From: Vicugna vicugna
Taxonomy: Eukaryota
Assembly (NCBI GenBank): GCA_013265495.1
Contig: MU058531.1
Location: 248,001-312,000, forward strand
Reading direction: 5' to 3'
Length of the DNA: 64,000 nucleotides
In this document: piece by piece, positions 1-13,154 of the stretch
Layout: each line of letters begins with the position of its first letter
Position numbering within the stretch: position 1 is the stretch's first letter
Position numbers and translations under genes: made by a program
The notes under the pieces: generated by a model
Database searches by the model: none
What the model saw: only the letters and a program-made list of their open reading frames with translations
What the model was told of the DNA's origin: nothing

Positions 1-330
1 TCCAGTGATTGCTAACATCAATTATGCCATCACTCCTTAATAGCACCTTTGAAAATAGGGACTGCTGGCTTTGGAACAATCTAGTTAGTTTCTTTATCTA
101 CCATTGATTGAAGAGATCAACACGAAAATGAAGATTGAAAGACAAGGAGCATTTTCATGGTTATATAATTGTTTTCTGGCATGGGAGGTAGATGCTGTGC
201 ACATTTGAGGGAAATTGGGAAATTGTGGACTGTTGCAACTGGACAGATCTTCAAGATTCTGACCCTCAGTCTGCATCATCGCTGAGGTAGGTGTTGTGAA
301 ATGACCCAAACTAATTTGCTCTTGTACAAC

Positions 331-949
331 TAATGCAGGAAAACAGATGTGGGGCATGAGGAGGGCCATGTCCCAGGTCTCGGTTGAGCCCCAGGGACGT
401 GCCCCGCCAAGTGTGGGTCCTTGGCTTCACGCAGGAAAGAATTCAAGAGTGAGCTACAGTTGAGTAAAGGTAGATTTATTCAAAGAGATGCATTGAAAAG
501 CAAGAGAAAGGCCACGAGGTGTGGGGGTTGGGTGCTCAGATTAAAAGTGGGTACACTTAGACAGAGTGTGGGCTGTCTCCGAAGAGGGAGAGAGGGGGCG
601 GCTGCGAGGCACCCTGTTGCTGGTTTTTATGGGCTTGGTGGCTTCATATGCTAATAAGTGGAAGGACCACTTAGCCTGGGGAAGGGGCTGGGATTCCCAG
701 GAAGTTGGCCATTTCCCACTCTATGACCTTTTGTGGCTAGCCTTGGGACTGCCATGGTGCCTGTGGGCGTGTTATTCACCATGTTGATATCACAATGGGG
801 TATAATGAAGCTCAAGATCTACTAGAAGTTAAATCTCTTATCATCCTGAGCTTCAAGGCCTACTGGGGGTTGAATGTTTCACCCTTTTGATGTTAATTGC
901 TGTGGCATTCCTTGAATGGCTGTGCCTTGCCCTCTTCCATCCTGTCTCA
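331..949 (-). mobile_element. ERV1-type solo LTR (copy 1 of a pair)
   Basis: Flanked by exact 4-bp TSD CAAC (327-330 / 950-953). Minus strand starts TGAGACAGG and has a TATA-like ATAAAAA (~625-630) and AATAAA (475-480). Aligns by eye along its length with 2131-2763. Confidence 0.9.
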
Positions 950-1147
950 CAACCATTAGGTTCTTTTTGGCAAATGTAAGTAGCTTTAAATGATTAGAAG
1001 CTACAGAGGATTATATGTTCCTGCTCATAACTTTCTACACGATTTTGATGAAAGCAAGTTTCAGACCAAACCTGCCACACATGCTCACATTTAGTAGCAA
1101 GCAGGCCCCCAAGTGATCGGATCTGATCTTGGAGGTCTTTTGACCAT

Positions 1148-1610
1148 TGTTAAAAATTTTTTCATGATGCTCATTAGATCAGTAAGGCAGACTTTATTCA
1201 GGACTACTGAGATGGGTACAGGGACTAGTGCAATGGGGTTTTTCTGTGAGGGAGAGAGATTGGGCTAAACTCCTAACACAGCAAGGAAAAGTGGGAATTT
1301 ATAGCTAAGGAACAATGTGTGTGCTGGGGTTGGTGGATGAAAAATTAAGAGTAAACATCAAGGGTAAAATGATCTGATGGGACTCTTCCTGAAGGCAGGC
1401 TAGGATGATGAGACGTCACCTGGGGAATGGTGGGGGGTGATGGACCTGATCAGGTGTGAAGATGCCCAGGATGGGAGATTCTGGCTAAACTGCCTTAGTA
1501 GGATTCTTGCTAAAATTGGGCTCTTGAGGACATGCCCAAGGATGGGGCTTAGTTGACAAAGAGCTCAGAGGATACTGATTGGAATTTGGTAGAGGAGAAA
1601 ATCTTTGTCA
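1148..1610 (-). mobile_element. ERV1-type solo LTR (different family)
   Basis: TG...CA termini, exact TSD CCAT (1144-1147 / 1611-1614), minus-strand TATAAA (~1298-1303) and AATAAA (~1193-1198). Confidence 0.85.
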
Positions 1611-2130
1611 CCATACCTCCAGAAGAGGAAACTGTGAAAATACTCTGAACTCAGCTAACTTTACAGTTAGATCCCAGCAGCAAGAATCCCCCAAATCAGT
1701 AGCTCTTCTGTGTGGAATCAAGCTTGAGGTACATTTCAAAGGATACAGACTACAGCATTTGCTAGATTTATTTACTCTATTTGCGCTAGAGCAGGAAAAG
1801 CCTTTGTAATACTTTTAGCCAAGCCATGTATCTTGAAGACCTTATCAGTGAAAAAGCGTAGCTCACTATCACTACTAGGAGTTGTTAAAGATGGTTTTTA
1901 GACAGTTGTAGGTGTCATCTGTGTGGTGTGGCTTTCTGTCACAGTCTTTCAAACACTAGCTGCCACCTATAGAGTGATGTTCCCCTTAGGGTGATGGACC
2001 ACTCAGGAGAGTAGCTTGGAACTAACGAGCAGTTAATGCTGTACTTAATATAAATTACAGACTGCAGGATAGTAGTACTCAGGATTTTAAAGAAATCTAT
2101 AACTTGAATAAAAACAGGCATTTGTGCTTC

Positions 2131-2763
2131 TGATGTAGGAAAACGGACATGGGGTGTGAGGAGGGCCATGTCCCAGGTCTCGATTGAGCCCCTAGGACGT
2201 GCCCTGCCAGGTGTGGAACCTTGGCTTCGCGTAGGAAAGAATTCAATTGCGAGCCACAGTTGAGTAAAGGTAAATTTATTTAGAGAGATACTTCCTGCAT
2301 AGAGTATAAGGCAAGAGAAAGGCAAGGAAAGAGGTGTGGGAATTGGGTGCTCAGGTTAAAGTAAAAATAGGTACACACTCCATAGACAGAGTGCGGGCCA
2401 TCTCCAAAGAGGAGGGCTTGAAATAGGCCGCTAGGTGTGGTGGTATCAGTTTTTAGGGTCTCAGTAGCTTCATAGGCCTATAGGTGGGACCATTCCAACT
2501 GCCCTGGGGAAGGGGCTGAGATTCCCAGGAATTGGGTCACCGCCCACTCTTTGGCCTTTTGCAGTTATCCTTGAGACTGCCTTGGTGCCTGCGAGCATGT
2601 TATTTATCACGCTGTTACAATGAGCATATAATGAAGCTCAAGGTCTACTAGAAGTCAAATCTCTTAATCCTCAAGGCCAACTAGTTGAATCTTCCACCAT
2701 TTTGGTGTTAAATTGCTGTCATTCCTTGAGTGGCTGTGCCCTGCCCCCCTCCATCCTGTCTCA
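2131..2763 (-). mobile_element. ERV1-type solo LTR (copy 2, same family as 331-949)
   Basis: TG...CA termini, exact TSD CTTC (2127-2130 / 2764-2767). Shares long tracts such as GAGGAGGGCCATGTCCCAGGTCTCG and CCATCCTGTCTCA with 331-949. Confidence 0.9.
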
Positions 2764-4149
2764 CTTCTTTCCTGTATGGTACACTGATTGTGTATGGGGA
2801 TGATTCTAAAGAAACGCATATCAACAACAAAGCCATAATTTAAAAAAAAAAAACTACTCAGTAATGAGGTGGCAAAGAATATTCCTGAAGTATAGCAAAA
2901 CTTCAAATATTTGTCCCAGGCATAGCTCTCTCAATATGTTCCTCCTGGGCAGAAGTTGCTTCCAGAAGCTCTCATTTTCTCTCAACTCCAACTTTAAATA
3001 TTCTTCCAAACCCAGATTCATTTGTCTGTCTCCACTCTTTTATTTTCTCTTATTTTTTTTTCCTTTTTTTTTTTTGGTGTTTGTGGAAATCTAGGCTTTC
3101 CTGCTGATTTCTCACCATTCTTCTCATCTGCATAATAAAGCACAGAAGTGAAAGGTAAGTGGGGAGTTAAGGAGAAAGGCAGGGCCATTGTCAGAATTGT
3201 TGGAGGAGGGAAAACAATGTGAATATTTTGCCCCCTGTTGTATAACTTAATCAACCCCAGGTTCATGGGTTAGTATAATATCTCTACGGATTATTTATCT
3301 TGGAGTTCTTATTACTCTTAGTCCCTACCCTCCAATTACTATAGATAATACTCCTACAATTAAAATACTTTTATGTTTTAGATTTACTGTAGCAGTAACA
3401 TATATGCCAATGGAATTATTACAAATTGCAACCACTAATGGAATTACTCTTTTTCTTGGGCTTAGAAACGACAGCAATAAAATTTATTCTCAGGTCTACT
3501 ATGGCAATATTTAAACACATACAAGATAATGAAGAGCGACAGGGGGCCTGTAACTATGCAAATATCCTCCTCAGAGAGAGTTGGCTCTGGCCTGTCTCAC
3601 ATTGGGAGCCAGGTTACTTGACCTGGTAATTAGTAGGAATACGAAATGAAAATGGCAAATTCTTGGTTTCACTGTACTTCCTCACTACTCAGAAAAGAAT
3701 ATCCCGAGAAGAGTGAAGGATTTTCTAAGATTAAACCAGCTGGCTAGTGGCAGAACCAGGACCGGAACCTGGTGCTCTTTCCTCTCTGTTATGCTGTCTC
3801 TTTGCCAGATTTTGGCTGGCAGAAAATGGTTTGTCTTGACTAAGATACAAGAACATAGAAAAGGAATTTTATTTCTACCCACACACAGAATTGAGCTTTG
3901 GGTAACCGGAAGGTTTGGATAAAAAGAAATAAAGGAAGAGTGCATCCTCATGCAGCATAATGCAGTTTGGCCTCTGTTCTCCATCGTGCCCAAAACAAAA
4001 GGAACTCAAGTGCATCTCCTAGGCTGTGGCTGTTAGTTAAGTTGCAAAGTAGCAGCTAGGAAACTGCTCTGATTGAGATTGCCCTTCGTCTGCTGAGAAC
4101 AGGCTGGGCAGTGCCCAAAGCCTCAAGAGGAGGAAATCTACTTAAAAGA

Positions 4150-4670
4150 AACAAGGTTGGCAAAGAAAAATTGCACTGGGCAAAGTTAAACATGCTAGGA
4201 AGACTTAATTGGAGACCATTGCAATGGAGGTCCAGACTGTGTAGCAGGGGAGAGAATGAATTCAACTGCATGGAAACAAAAGTCTGGAGGGCTTTAAATA
4301 CTGAGGTGAGCTGATGGGAAAGTACTGGAGGATGTTAGGGAGGAGGTAGGCCAATGTGATTAGGCCACCTGTGTTTGCGTATTGACGTTAGCCCCCTACT
4401 GCCCACAGATTAGGGAAATATCTTTTTTGATGGTTACATTTCCAAGGGCTCCCCCAACTGCCCCCTCAACCCTGTCCTAGAGAATGATTCCTAGGTTATA
4501 GAAGAGTTATACCTCAAATGGGCAGAGGAAGAATTTAGAATGGCATATTTTCTAAAGTTAATGCTCTAAGAAAGGGAAGTCAGTTGGTGTTTTGAGGGAG
4601 AGGGGAGCCTGCAGTCAGAAAGTAATCAGTCTAAAGATTAGTCAAGCTGAGGGGCAGGTTAAGGCCTTTG
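4150..4670 (-). mobile_element. older ERV1-like LTR relic
   Basis: Similar to eutherian ERV1 LTR consensus by recall. Minus-strand TATTTAAAG near 4292-4300. No clear TSD. Confidence 0.5.
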
Positions 4671-4914
4671 CTGGGGTTGAGGCCTGGAAGCAGGTAGATG
4701 CAGGTGTGCCACCTGAGATGAACTGGATTGTCCTGGGAAGAGTCCCTGCTCAAAAATTCCCCATCACAGGTAGGCCACTTACCAAAATCACACTGAAAGA
4801 GATTCATTCTTCTGGTGTAGATTGTCCCCTCCAGCCCGGTTCTCTTTTAAAACAAAGCAGTGAGTGGATCCCATCAACCCACTGCCATGCTTCCTTTACC
4901 TCTTGTTTGGATTA

Positions 4915-7900
4915 GGAGGCAATGGCCTCCTTACTACCCTCTGCTTCTCCCCTTAGCCCATCACTCATACCTCCTTAAAGTCTCCTGAACGGTAGTAGCA
5001 AGAGTGATCTTTTCACCAGAGGTAGTAAGATATAATTGACATGTAACATTGTGTAAGTTTAAGGCATAAAATGTGATAATTTGATACACATATGCTTTAT
5101 GAAATGATTACCACAATAAAATAGTTATCACTTCACATAATTGCCATATTTTTGGTAGTGAGATCATTTAAGATTTACTTTCCTAGCAACTTTCAAGTAT
5201 ATAATACAGTACTGTTTACTATAGTCACCATGTTATACATCAGATCACTTGGAACTTAATCATCTTGTAACTGAAGTTTGTACTCGTTGGCCAATTTCCA
5301 CCCCCTGCCCCTCTGGCCCAGTACCAGCCAGTCACTATTCTGTTCTTTATGTCTATGAGTTCAACTCTTTTAGATTTCCTGTGTGAGAGAAAACATACAG
5401 TATTTGTCTTTCTCTGTCTGACTTATTTCATTTAGCTAAATGCCCCCAGGGTCCACCCATGTTGTTGCAAATGGCAGGATTTTCTTCTTTTTATGGCAGA
5501 ATAATATTCCACTTTATATAATATTCAAATATATGTATATATTTTGCATTTTCTTTATCAATTAATTTCATTCATCAATGGGGACTTAGGTTGCTTCCAG
5601 GACTTGCCTATTGTGAATAATGCAGCAAAGAATACGGGGGCACAGATATCTCTATGAGACAGTGACTTTATTTCCTTCAGATGTGTACCCAGAAGTGGCA
5701 TTGATGGGGAGTAGTAGTAATTCTATTTTTAGTGCAGAAGTTTAAATATAGAGTAGTTTTCTGTTTTTAATTTTTTGCTGAACTTCCATACAGTTTTCCA
5801 CAGTGGCTATACCAATTTACATACCAACAGTAGTACACAAGGGTTCCCCTTTCTCCCCATCCTCACCAACACTTATCTCCTGTCTTTTTTATAATAGCCA
5901 TTCTAACAGGTGATATCTCACTGTAGGTTTGATTTGCACTTCCCTGACGATTAATGATGTTGAGCATCTTTTCATGTACCTGTTGGCCATTTGTATGTCT
6001 TCCTTGGAAAAATATTCAATCCTCTTCCCATTTTAAAAATCAGGCTGTTTGTATTCTTTTGCTATTGAGTTGTATGAATTCTTTACATATTTTGGATATT
6101 AACCCCTTATCAGATATGTGGTTGCAAATATCTTCTCCCATTTCATAGATTACCTCTTAATTTTGTTGATTGTTTCTTTTGCTGTGCAGAAGCTTTTTAA
6201 TTTGATGTAGAATCACTATTTTTGCTTTTGTTCCTTGTGCTTTTGGTGTCATATCCAAAAAACAATGCCATGATCAGTGTAAATGAGAATGAGTTTTCTT
6301 CTAGGAGTTTTATGGTATCAAGTCTTATGTTTAAATCTTTAATCCATTTCAAATTAATTTTTGTGAGTGGTGTAAGATAGGAGTCCAATTTCATTTTTCT
6401 ACATGTGGTTATCCAGTTTTCCCAACACCATTTGTTGAAGAGACTATCCTTTCCCCCAAGAGTGTTCTTGTCTCCTTTGCCAATATTAGTTGACAGTGTA
6501 TGCATGGGTTTACTTCTGTGCTCTCAATCCTGTTCCATTGGTCTGTGTGTCTGTTTTTATGCCATTATTTTGATTATTATAGCTTTGTAATACCGTATGA
6601 AATCAGGAAGCATGATGCCTCCAGCTTTGTACTTTTTTCTCAGGGTTGCTTTGGCTATTTGGGTCTTTTGTGGTTTCATACAAATTTTAGGATTTTTTTC
6701 CTGTTTCTGTATAAAATGCCATTGAAATTTTGATGAGTGTTGCATTGAATCTATAAATGGTTTTGGGTAAAATGACATTTTAACAATATTAATTCTTCTG
6801 ATTTATGAACATGAGAGTTTTCCTTTTTGTCTTCTTTAATGTTTTATAGCTTTAGATATTCAGATTTTTCACCTCCTTGGTTAGATTTATTCCCAAGTAT
6901 GATATCATTTTTGATGCTACTGTGAATAGGATTGTCTACTTTTTTCTTTTTCCAAATTGTTCATGGTTAGTGTATAAAAATGCAACTGAATGGTGTATGT
7001 TGAGTTTATATCCTACAACTTTACTGAATTCATTTAGAAGTTCTAATAGTTTTTTTTGGTGGAGTTTTAAGAATTTTCTGTACACATGATTACATCATCT
7101 GCAGAGACAATTTTACATCTTCCTGTTTTATTTGAATGCCTTTTATCTATTTTTCTTGCCTAATTACTCTAGCTAGGACTTCTAGTACTGTGTTGAATAA
7201 GTGTGGTGAAAGTGGACACCCTGGTTTTGTTCCTGATCTTAGAGGAAAAGTTTTCAACCTTTCATCACTGAGTATGATGTTAGCTCTGGGCTTGTCATAC
7301 AGAGCCTATGTTACGTTGAGGTATGTTCCTTCTATACTCAATTTGCTGAGAGATTTGTTCATCATGAAAATATATTGCATTTTATCCTATGCTTTTTCTG
7401 CATATTTAAATGATCATATGATTTTCATCTTTCATTCTATTAATATGGTATATCATATTTATTGATTTATGTATGTGGAACCATCCTTGAAGCCCAAGGA
7501 TAAATCCCACTTGATTATAGTGTATCATCTTTTTAATATTGCTGTTGAATTTGGTTTGCTAGTATTTTGTTGAAAATTTTTGCATCTATACTTAATCAGG
7601 GATACTAGCCTGTAGTTTTCTTTTCTTGTCGTGTCCCTATTTGAATTTGGTATCAGGGTAATACTGGCTCTATAAAATGAGTTTGGGAGTGTTTCCTCCT
7701 CTTCAGTTTTTGGGGAGAGTTTGAGAAGGATTGGTATTAATTCATCTTTATATGTTTGGTAGTATTCACTAACGAAATCATCCGACCCTGGACTTTTCTT
7801 TATTGGGAGGTTATTGATTACTGATTCAACCTCCCTAATCTTTATATGGTCTGTTCAGATCTTCTATTTTCTTCATGATTCTTCATGTGTATTTCTAGAT

Positions 7901-10500
7901 ACATGCTTATATGTTTTGAGGAATTTATCCATTTCTTCTAGGTCATCTGATTTGTTGGCATGTAACTGTTTAGACTAGTTCCTTATAATCCTTTGTATTT
8001 CTGTGGTATCAGTTATATTGTCTCCTCTTTCAATACTCATTTAATTTATTTGAGTCTTCTTTTTTTTTCCCTAGTCTAATTAAACATTTGTCAAATTTAT
8101 TGAAAAACCAGCTCTTAGTTTTGCTGATCTTTTCTAATGTTTTTCTGGTCTCTAATCATTTATTTCTGCTCTGCTCTTTGTTTTTTCCTTACTTCTGCGA
8201 ACTCTGGACTTAGTTTGTTCTTTTCCAATCCCTCAATGTGTAAAGTTAGATTGTTTACTTGAGATCTTTCTCTTTTAGTAATGTAGTTGTGTATTGCTAC
8301 TCTTAAAACTGCTTCTGCTGCAGCCCATAAGTTTTGATATGTTTTGTTTCCATTTTCACTTGTTTCAAGATTTTTTAAATGTCTATTTTGATTTCTTCTT
8401 TGATCAGTAGTATGTTGTTTAATTTCCACAAATTTGTGCACTTCCCAGTTTTTCTTCTATTATTGATTTCTTGTCTCATAACATTGTGGTTGGAAGAAAT
8501 ACTTAGCATAATTTCAATCTTCTTAAATTCGTAAAGACTGTTTTGTGACCTAACATATGATCTACCCTAGAGAATGCTTCATGTGTACTTGAGAAGAATG
8601 TGCATTCTGCTGCTAAAATTCTATATATATTAGGTCCATTTGGTCTAAACTGTAGTTGAAGTCCAATGTTTCTTATTGACTTTCTGCCTGGATGATCTAC
8701 CTATAGTTAAGAGTGGGATCCTGAAATCTCCTATTGTTGTTGCATTGTTGTCTATTTCTGCCTGTGTATGTTAGTATGTGCTTAATATATTTAGGTGCTC
8801 CAATGTTGGATGCATATACATTTACAATTATTATTTCATCTTGATGAATTGACTCATTTATTATCATATAATTATTTTCTTTGTTTCTTGTTATGTTTTT
8901 TGGCTTAAAGTCAATTTGTCTGACATATGTATAGCTATCCCTGCTCTCTTTTAGTTTCTATTTGAATGGAATATCTTTTTCCATTCTTTACTTTGAGCCT
9001 TGTGTGTCTTTAAAGCTGAAATGAGTCTCTTGAAAGCAGTATATAGCTGGGTCTTGGTTTTTTGTTTTTGTTTTTTTTTTAATCCACTCCATGCCTTTTG
9101 ATTTGTGAATTTAATCCATTTACATTTAGAGTAATTATTGATAGGTAAGGACTTACTAATGTCACCTTACTAATTATTTTCTGACTATTTTGTGTTTTCC
9201 TTCTTCCTTTTTTTCCTCTCTGGCTGCCATCCTCTGTTAGTTGACGATTCTGTAGTGATGTGCTTTGATTCCCTTCTTTTTATCTTTTGTTTATGTGCTG
9301 TAGGTTTTTACTTTGTTGTTACCACAAAATTTATGTAAAACATCTTATGGATAGAAGTCTGTTGTGTAATGGTAACAGTTTAATCACGTACAAAAATTCT
9401 TTCATTTTACTCCCCCTCTTTTGTCTTTGAAGTCATAATTTACCTTTTTTATTGTATGTTCATTAACAAATTATTGTGGCTCTAGTTATTTTTAATACTT
9501 TAATCCTTTCACCTTTGTGCTGAGTTAAGTGATTAACACTCCAACATATTACAGTATTAGAGTATTTTTAATTTGACTATATATTTACCTTTACCAGTGT
9601 GTTGTATATGTTCATCTCTTTTCTTATTACTGATTAGCATCCTTTAATTCAGCTTGAAGAACTTTTTTCTGCATTTCTTGAAAGGCATGTCTAGTAGTGA
9701 TGAACTCCTGCAACTTTTGTCCAAAAGAGTCTTTATTTCATCTCTATTTCTGAAGGACAGTTTTGCTGGATAGAGTACTCTTGGTTGACAGTTTTTAATT
9801 TGAGTGTGTGTGTGTGTGTGTGTATCAGTCTATTTTATACTGATAACTTTATTGCATACAGAAACTCTACCCTTTTACCGCCTCCCTTGCCACATTTTAT
9901 GTTTTGATGTCAAGCATGATCTTTTAAAACATAAGTTAGATCAAGTCATTTATCTGTTCAAAATCCTATTATGCTAAAAGTAAATTTCAAAGGTCTTATA
10001 ATGGCCCACTGTGGCTTCCCCACTCTGGCCTCTTACCTCCTTGACCTCATCTGCTACTATTCTTCCCATCTCTCTCCAGCCGCACTGATTTCTTGCTACT
10101 TCTCCAGCCCTGGCATACCCCGGCCATGGCTCTGCCTGATTGTCTCCTTTACATCTCTTTACACCCAAGATGTATGCTTGACCTAATCTGTCACCTTCTT
10201 TATGTCTACTCGAATATCACTTTCTCAATAAGGCTAACCTGGACCACCCTATTTAATACTGCAAACTGCCTCTTCATCCCATCCTCAGCCTCCCTTACCT
10301 GTTCTTTTTTCCTTTTTTCCAGAGCACTTACAGCTTTTTAACATATTGTGTAATTTACTGTGTTTATCATTTATTGTCATCACCACCTACCATGAAAATT
10401 CCCTGAGATCAGATATTTTTTGTTTGTTTTATTTACTGATATGTCTCAAAGGCTAGGCACACAGTAGATATGCAATAAATATTTACTGAATGAATGGATG
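4915..10500 (+). mobile_element. L2 LINE 3' region (4915-5013 and 9917-10500), interrupted by the L1
   Basis: The L2 motif AGAGTGATCTTTT|AAAACATAAGTTAGATCA reads through across the L1. The L2 terminal AATAAATATTTACTGAATGAATG lies at ~10475-10497. Confidence 0.75.
5014..9916 (-). mobile_element. 5'-truncated, decayed LINE-1 (L1MA-like): 3' UTR, ORF2, inter-ORF region and ORF1 C-terminus
   Basis: ORF-track peptides match L1 ORF2 ([59 protein letters not shown]) with many stops and frameshifts. 9-bp TSD TGATCTTTT (5005-5013 / 9917-9925) sits at a TTTT/AA L1 endonuclease site. Confidence 0.95.
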
Positions 10501-10643
10501 CAAATGGACTGAAAAATGCCCTGAAAGTGGGAGCCTTGATTTGGATTAGGAGGGAATCCTTTGATAGGGGCTGGGAGGGAAAAGGGTAAGAGGTCATTCT
10601 GAAACTTAGGCCACCTTGGGGCTACAGTTGGGCATGGGGTGGT

Positions 10644-11020
10644 TGTGGATTGAATTTGCCCCCCCCCCCATATTATATGTTGAAATCTTAATCTCCAATG
10701 TGCCTGTATTTTTAGATAGACTTTTAAAGAGGTAGTTATACTAAATGAGATCATAAGGTTGGGGCCCTAATCCTTACAAGAGGACTAGTATCTTTACAAG
10801 AGGAGGAGACACCAGGGATGTGTGCACACAGAGGAAAGGCCACATGAGAACACAGTGAGAAGATGGCCACCTTGCAAGCTAAAGAGAGAGGCCTCGGGAG
10901 AAACCAAACCTGCCAATGTGTTGATCTCAGATTTCCAGCCTCCAAAGCTGTGAGAAATACATTTCTGTTACCTAAGCCCCCCCAGGCTGTGGTATATTGG
11001 TGTGGCAGATCTAGCAGACA
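10644..11020 (+). mobile_element. MaLR LTR (MLT1A/B-like)
   Basis: Typical MLT1 motifs: TTGAATTTGCCCCC...GTTGAAATCTTAATCTCC, GAGAAGATGGCCACCTTGCAAG, TTCCAGCCTCCAAAGCTGTGAGAAATACATTTCTG. Confidence 0.85.
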
Positions 11021-11269
11021 GGTGGTGTTTGGCATGGGAGTCTTGGGCAGCGCTGTCAGGGGAAAAGGGGAAGTGGATAGAAAAATGGGGTTGGAAACTT
11101 AGTTATGTGCTAATTTGGATTTTTGCCTAGGTTCTGTGCTTTCTCACTCTGCAGGGGTGAAACATATTGGCTACTTGCCTGGTTTCCTTCATAAGCCTTG
11201 CTCCCATTTCGTGGCTCCTGTTTCAAGTAGAATGGTTATGCTGGGGATGGGGAAGGGTGATGTGTGGTT

Positions 11270-11530
11270 TGTTTGTTCATTTATATATTCATTCAGTCAT
11301 TCAACAAATATGTGGTAGGTGCCTACTATGTTCTAGGCTCTTGTGACACAGAGATGAATGCAATGTGATCCCCACCATAAATCAACTCATGTTCTGGAGA
11401 AATACATAAGCAAATAATTGCCTCACAGGATGAGAAATTCAATGACAGAGAGGCTTTCTAGCTGCAGTGGGGGTAGAGGAGAGGGCTCTAAACAGGAGGG
11501 CTGCTCGAGTCCTCCTTGATGAGTCTTGAA
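11270..11530 (-). mobile_element. L2 3' fragment
   Basis: CATTCATTCAGTCATTCAACAAATATG...GTGCCTACTATG is the reverse complement of the L2 end. Confidence 0.6.
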
Positions 11531-12079
11531 GTTAACAAGTGCTAAAAGTAGCGCAGGTGCAAGCTGAGCTAAGGAGAGTAATTTTTGGCTCATAGGTATT
11601 AAGGATATTAAATTCCTATAGAGTCCTCCAAAGTTCTATAAAACAATTGACAAAGCCTCATTCCAAAGAAAGCAACTGTCCTAAATGGGCACATCTTCAT
11701 GCTGAAGTCTTCAGGATTCTGAAACCCCATCTACTAAATAAATGCTCCTGATGAAACCTGGGTTTTGAATATTCTGTTGTGCCTCTGCTGGCCATCTGTT
11801 GTGCCTGAATTTCTATGGGAACAGCATTTAACCTTTGGGTTAAATGGTTCTTAAATGGCACAGTGAGGAGGAAAATGTCACATCAGTACACTATGAATTG
11901 CCTCTGCCCCTCAGGTGGCATTTTGTTCTCTGTGAGACCCCAAAGTACAATTTAATAGGAACTATTGTCACCATAGTTTGGGTGAGGGTACTTTGTCTCA
12001 GATTCAGTACTGGCTTAGAGATAGGAAGCAAAATGAGTAGGTAGAAATGCACACTGTTTAGAAGGAAAAGGGTAAACAC

Positions 12080-12330
12080 GGTGGGGTTCCTCAGGGGTTG
12101 GTCTGGGTCAGTCTTGTTTCATACCTTTATAAATGATCCATTGAAGGGCTTGTACAGTAAAATCTCCAACTCTGCAGTTAATGCTGGACTCTATTCTGAG
12201 TAGGGAAAAACCAAGCCAATGAGCACCAATTGCAGGGAAGACTTAGGAGGCTGTGTTAATGTATGGGAAGGTGGTAGATGAGTCTAAGTGTGGACATGGG
12301 CAATGTAATGTGTTTAGCACAGGAGCATTC
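12080..12330 (+). mobile_element. ancient CR1/L3 LINE reverse-transcriptase fragment
   Basis: Frameshifted translation follows CR1 RT motifs in order: GVPQG.V.G..LF..FIND, SKISNSA (vs SKISKFADD), LQEDL.RL, W.MS..VD...VM. Confidence 0.7.
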
Positions 12331-12849
12331 AATGTTTTAAAAGGATGATTCTAAAATGTGACATAGGAGTCACATTAGGTAAATTCTTGCCTAATGGCAT
12401 AAGCCCACATCTTTCTGCAGACAAATATGTGCATTATCAAGAGGGGAAACAGGGACATTGTTATCATAAGTGTGACATTTGATTTTCTAAAGCTCGGGCT
12501 CTCTGTCATAGATTAATCTATGTTTATGGAGCACGTACTATGTGGGTCGTTCTTGGCACTGTGCTGGATAGAGACGGGCCTCCAAGGGAGATGGCCTGAT
12601 AAGTAGGCATCATCTGATAAGTGAGAGTGATGAGAGGAAACCAGTGAGGGTCCTTTAAATTGCCAGGAGCCTGGAAGGCAGCCTAGAGTAAGAAGCAGCC
12701 GAGAACCTCAGGCACCGGTGGGAACAGCGACTGATGAGGAAACTTAGTGATGTGGTCCTGGGAAGGACCCCTTTACTCTTCTGCTGATTTGATACAACAG
12801 TTGTTACCACTTAGAAGGGCCTACTGAGTGCTCCTAGTCTCGGTGCTAA

Positions 12850-13154
12850 ATGTTTTACAGACTTTGTTCTGATAATGTTGCACTTTATCTGAGCACTGTT
12901 TTCCTAGAGGAGCAGCATTGGTGGAGAAATCCCCTCCACCCTTGTGTTCTGGGAAATGGCTAACTGCCCCACATATGCCAAGGTAGGACCTGTCTCTGTC
13001 CTGCATGAGACTCAAGGATGACTCCTTTGTTTCCCCAACTCTATGAAAGCCCAGATCCCCTCCCTTTCTTTGACAAAATGAATATTCTCCCTGTTGCAGT
13101 AATCTAAATAAAATCACCATCTCCTTAAATGTCTGGTACATTTTGTCTTCTACA
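12850..13154 (+). mobile_element. ERV LTR relic
   Basis: Ends in an LTR-like U5 (AATCTAAATAAAATCACCATC...TTTTGTCTTCTACA). No clean TSD. Confidence 0.5.

Noticed and set aside
331..2763. Deleted provirus bounded by two LTRs
   Set aside because: Each LTR has its own distinct TSD, and the spacer has no primer-binding site, polypurine tract or gag/pol similarity.
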